The notes below the pieces were generated by a model. It saw only the letters and a program-made list of their open reading frames with translations, was not told where the DNA came from and ran no database searches. Of a stretch of 64,000 nucleotides of DNA, positions 62,197-64,000 are shown piece by piece. The position numbers and the translations under genes were made by a program. The DNA is taken from assembly GCF_035938995.1 (NCBI RefSeq), contig NZ_DASZGI010000329.1, positions 54,535 to 118,534 on the forward strand, written 5' to 3'. The stretch's first letter is position 1; the number at the start of each line of letters is the position of its first letter. Source of the DNA: Actinocrinis sp. (lineage in GTDB: Bacteria; Actinomycetota; Actinomycetes; Streptomycetales; Catenulisporaceae).

Positions 62197-63182
62197 CGCC
62201 CTGCCTCCTTATTCGACGCAGCCTTATTCGACGCTGCCTTATTCGAGACAGCCTCGTTCAACACAGCCTCATTCGACGCAGCGTCATTCAATACAGCCTC
62301 CGAAACCGGCGTCGCCGGACGGTGGCCGGGGCCGCCGGTCTCCATGTAGGTGAGTACGAGGTCTTCCATGCTCATCGGTTCTGCGGCCCAGTCCCCGGCC
62401 GGCAGCGGAGCGTCGGTGCGCACGACGAACGTGCTCTGCCGGTCGGTGTGCTCGGCCGAGACCACTTCCAGCCCGGCCGGGAGCGTGTCTGGCTCGCGTC
62501 GGGTGCACACGATCCGGTGGTGGGCGGCGATGAGCTGATCGACCTCGCCGGCCAGCCGCACCCGCGAGGTGACGAGCACGATCAGGTAGTCGCAGACCCG
62601 TTCGAGGTCGGAGATCAGGTGCGAGGAGAGGATTACGCTGCTGCCGTTCTCCACGACGGATTCCATCAGGTACTTGAGGAACTCGCGGCGGGCGAGCGGG
62701 TCGAGGCTGGCGACCGGCTCATCGAGCAGGAGCAGTTCGGGCATCTTCCCGGCGGCCACCGTCAGGGCGAGTTGGGCGCGCTGACCGCCGGAGAGTTTCC
62801 CGGCCTTCTGCGCCGGGTCCAGGTCGAGCTGAGCGATCCGTCGCGCAGCGAACTCCTGATTCCAGCGCGGGTTGAGGTGCGCGCCGAGCCGCAGGTGGTC
62901 GGCGACGGACAGGTTCGGATACACGGGCGCGTCCTGGGCGAGGAAGCCGACGCGGGCGAGTTGCGCAGGGCCCGAACCCGGGGCGTCGCCGAGCACGCTG
63001 ATGCTGCCCGAGGTCGGGCTCAGCAAGCCGCTGGCAAGCTTGAGCAGCGTGGACTTGCCGGCGCCGTTCGGGCCGACGAGGCCCACCACGTGCCCGGACG
63101 GGATGTCCAACGTGCAGTCCGTGAGCGCCCGGCGTCGCCCGTATTGCATGCCCAGTGCGTGGGCTTCCAAGATCGTGGTCAT
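62193..63182 (-). CDS. ABC transporter ATP-binding protein with a C-terminal pentapeptide-repeat tail
   Basis: ATG 63182 (MTTILEAHALGMQYG) overlaps the GntR stop. Walker A GPNGAGKST, signature LSGGQRAQ, Walker B LLLLDEP. Tail is EAVLNDAASNEAVLNEAVSNKAASNKAASNKEAGR. Confidence 0.9.
   Translation of the reverse strand: MTTILEAHALGMQYGRRRALTDCTLDIPSGHVVGLVGPNGAGKSTLLKLASGLLSPTSGSISVLGDAPGSGPAQLARVGFLAQDAPVYPNLSVADHLRLGAHLNPRWNQEFAARRIAQLDLDPAQKAGKLSGGQRAQLALTVAAGKMPELLLLDEPVASLDPLARREFLKYLMESVVENGSSVILSSHLISDLERVCDYLIVLVTSRVRLAGEVDQLIAAHHRIVCTRREPDTLPAGLEVVSAEHTDRQSTFVVRTDAPLPAGDWAAEPMSMEDLVLTYMETGGPGHRPATPVSEAVLNDAASNEAVLNEAVSNKAASNKAASNKEAGR
62206..62300 (-). repeat. about six tandem 15-bp units at the 3' end of the ABC ATPase gene
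   Basis: Plus-strand units are TCCTTATTCGACGCA, GCCTTATTCGACGCT, GCCTTATTCGAGACA, GCCTCGTTCAACACA, GCCTCATTCGACGCA and GCGTCATTCAATACA. Confidence 0.85.
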
Positions 63183-63568
63183 CTCTCCTCTTCGACGGAG
63201 ACGCGGAACGTGCTGTGGATCAGGGCCTCGATCTCGGCCTCGGTCAGGCCCGCGGTGCGGGCCCGAGTCAGCCAAGCCTCGAGGTCGCGGCGCAGCGGTT
63301 CGTGTTCGGTGAGCGAGGCCTGGCCCAGGGTTTTCGTGACGAAGGTGCCCACCCCGGGCTTCGGCGAGACCAGGCCCTCGCGCTCGAGCTCCCGGTAGGC
63401 CTTGAGCACGGTGTTCGGGTTGATCGCGACTTTCATCACGACCTGCTTGACCGTAGGCAGCTGGTCGCCCTCGGACAGCAGGCCCAGCAGCAGCGCCTGG
63501 CGTACCTGTTGGACGATCTGCAGGTATGGGGCGACGCCGGAGCGTGTGTCCAGGTGGAACTCGATCAC
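63179..63568 (-). CDS. GntR-family transcriptional regulator, YtrA subfamily
   Basis: 129 aa from GTG 63568. PYLQIVQQVRQALLLGLLSEGDQLPTVKQVVMKVAINPNTVLKAYRELEREGLV, with a short C-terminal helical tail. Confidence 0.9.
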   Translation of the reverse strand: MIEFHLDTRSGVAPYLQIVQQVRQALLLGLLSEGDQLPTVKQVVMKVAINPNTVLKAYRELEREGLVSPKPGVGTFVTKTLGQASLTEHEPLRRDLEAWLTRARTAGLTEAEIEALIHSTFRVSVEEER

Positions 63569-63573
63569 CAGTT

Positions 63574-63607
63574 CCTCTATTCATCTAGTTCCCTAGCACA
63601 ATAGAGG
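63574..63607. promoter_or_regulatory. 34-bp imperfect palindrome CCTCTATTcatCTAGtt/ccCTAGcacAATAGAGG immediately upstream of the YtrA-type gene
   Basis: Outer 8-bp arms are perfect and an inner CTAG pair is also symmetric. It overlaps the probable RBS. Confidence 0.4.
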
Positions 63608-63738
63608 AAGGATGGGGCACGGTGTCAATACGCGGCGTCAATGCGCGCTGTCAGTACGCCGGGGCTCGGACGGTGGTCGCCGACAGAACTCAGCGGCGGC
63701 GAGACCGGCGGTCCGGCTGCCGGATGGCCGGAATGAGC

Positions 63739-63768
63739 AGAGCGGGCCGCAGATCAGCGGCCCGCTCT
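63739..63768 (-). terminator. hairpin after the amidohydrolase gene
   Basis: 12-bp perfect stem AGAGCGGGCCGC / GCGGCCCGCTCT with a 6-nt loop, about 50 nt past the stop at 63820. Confidence 0.5.
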
Positions 63769-63819
63769 CATGGTCGGGAGCGGCTCAGCGGGGTGCTTCC
63801 CGCATGCGGGCCGGCGCGG

Positions 63820-64000
63820 TCAGACGACGACCTTTCCGCGCAGGATGACGCGCTTCGGGTGGGCGAGCACGGAGACGTCGAGTGTCGGGTCGGTGTCGTA
63901 GGCCACCAGGTCGGCCGGGGCGCCGTCGGCGAGGCCGGGCAGCCCGAGCCAGGAACGGGCGATCCAGGAAGCGCCACCGACCGCGGCCTCTGGCGGAAGC
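63820..64000 (-). CDS. amidohydrolase-family protein, C-terminal 60 codons only (truncated by the window edge)
   Basis: Minus-strand translation ...LGLPGLADGAPADLVAYDTDPTLDVSVLAHPKRVILRGKVVV* is a typical metal-dependent amidohydrolase C-terminus. Confidence 0.6.
   Translation of the reverse strand, partial: LPPEAAVGGASWIARSWLGLPGLADGAPADLVAYDTDPTLDVSVLAHPKRVILRGKVVV

Noticed and set aside
63183-63584. N-terminal 134 codons of ORF-track entry 62193..63584.
   Set aside because: This part overlaps the GntR gene in another frame and is Arg/Gly/Pro-rich. The ABC ATPase begins at MTTILEAH (ATG 63182).

Overview
This is a very GC-rich, strongly GC3-biased actinobacterial (Streptomyces-like) chromosomal segment. 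It is densely coding on both strands. I support about 55 CDS or gene relics and recognise no rRNA, tRNA, CRISPR array, transposase or integrase.

Gene content, left to right:
- 1-3 kb: an OYE flavoenzyme and a DHA2 efflux pump.
- 3.2-13.2 kb: a complete nitrate/nitrite assimilation island. narK-nirD-nirB is divergent from an NnaR-type HemD-wHTH regulator and a 1385-aa nitrate reductase fused to a CysJ-like flavoprotein.
- 13.4-18.2 kb: a tightly packed exopolysaccharide-type operon (membrane-anchored esterase, hyaluronan-synthase-like GT2, GH26) plus a polytopic membrane protein.
- 18.5-22.1 kb: an acyl-CoA dehydrogenase and a secreted GH79-like hydrolase.
- 22.4-26.0 kb: the most interesting locus. 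An EshA-like cNMP-binding protein (Family 2B encapsulin shell type) is followed by 2-methylisoborneol synthase with a disordered N-terminal extension and by GPP 2-C-methyltransferase. A roughly 0.7-kb region with no convincing CDS lies upstream.
- 27-35.8 kb: a sugar catabolic island with a ManD-type dehydratase, a GntR-PBP1 regulator, an ABC uptake system lacking its own ATPase, an epimerase, ThuA and a Gfo/Idh/MocA oxidoreductase.
- 36-55 kb: a mosaic accessory stretch.
  - A small SARP, a ChW-repeat secreted protein and an XRE-NB-ARC-TPR STAND protein.
  - A divergent pair of paralogous Cys-rich secreted proteins, one fused to NlpC/P60.
  - Two vapBC modules, a PIN relic, and relics of an ABC ATPase and a TetR gene.
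  - A LAL-type LuxR regulator, MMPL plus flavin monooxygenase, MarR/CMD, and two kinase-like genes.
- 55-63.6 kb: a NarL-type two-component system divergent from an ABC transporter whose permease carries a large ConA-like ectodomain, then a YtrA-GntR/ABC operon.
- 63.8-64 kb: a truncated amidohydrolase at the window edge.

Several short-period tandem repeat arrays (12, 15, 15 and 6 bp), strong hairpin terminators at convergent junctions, and candidate operators and leaderless promoters are visible directly in the DNA.

All family assignments come from motif recognition by eye. No database search was run.
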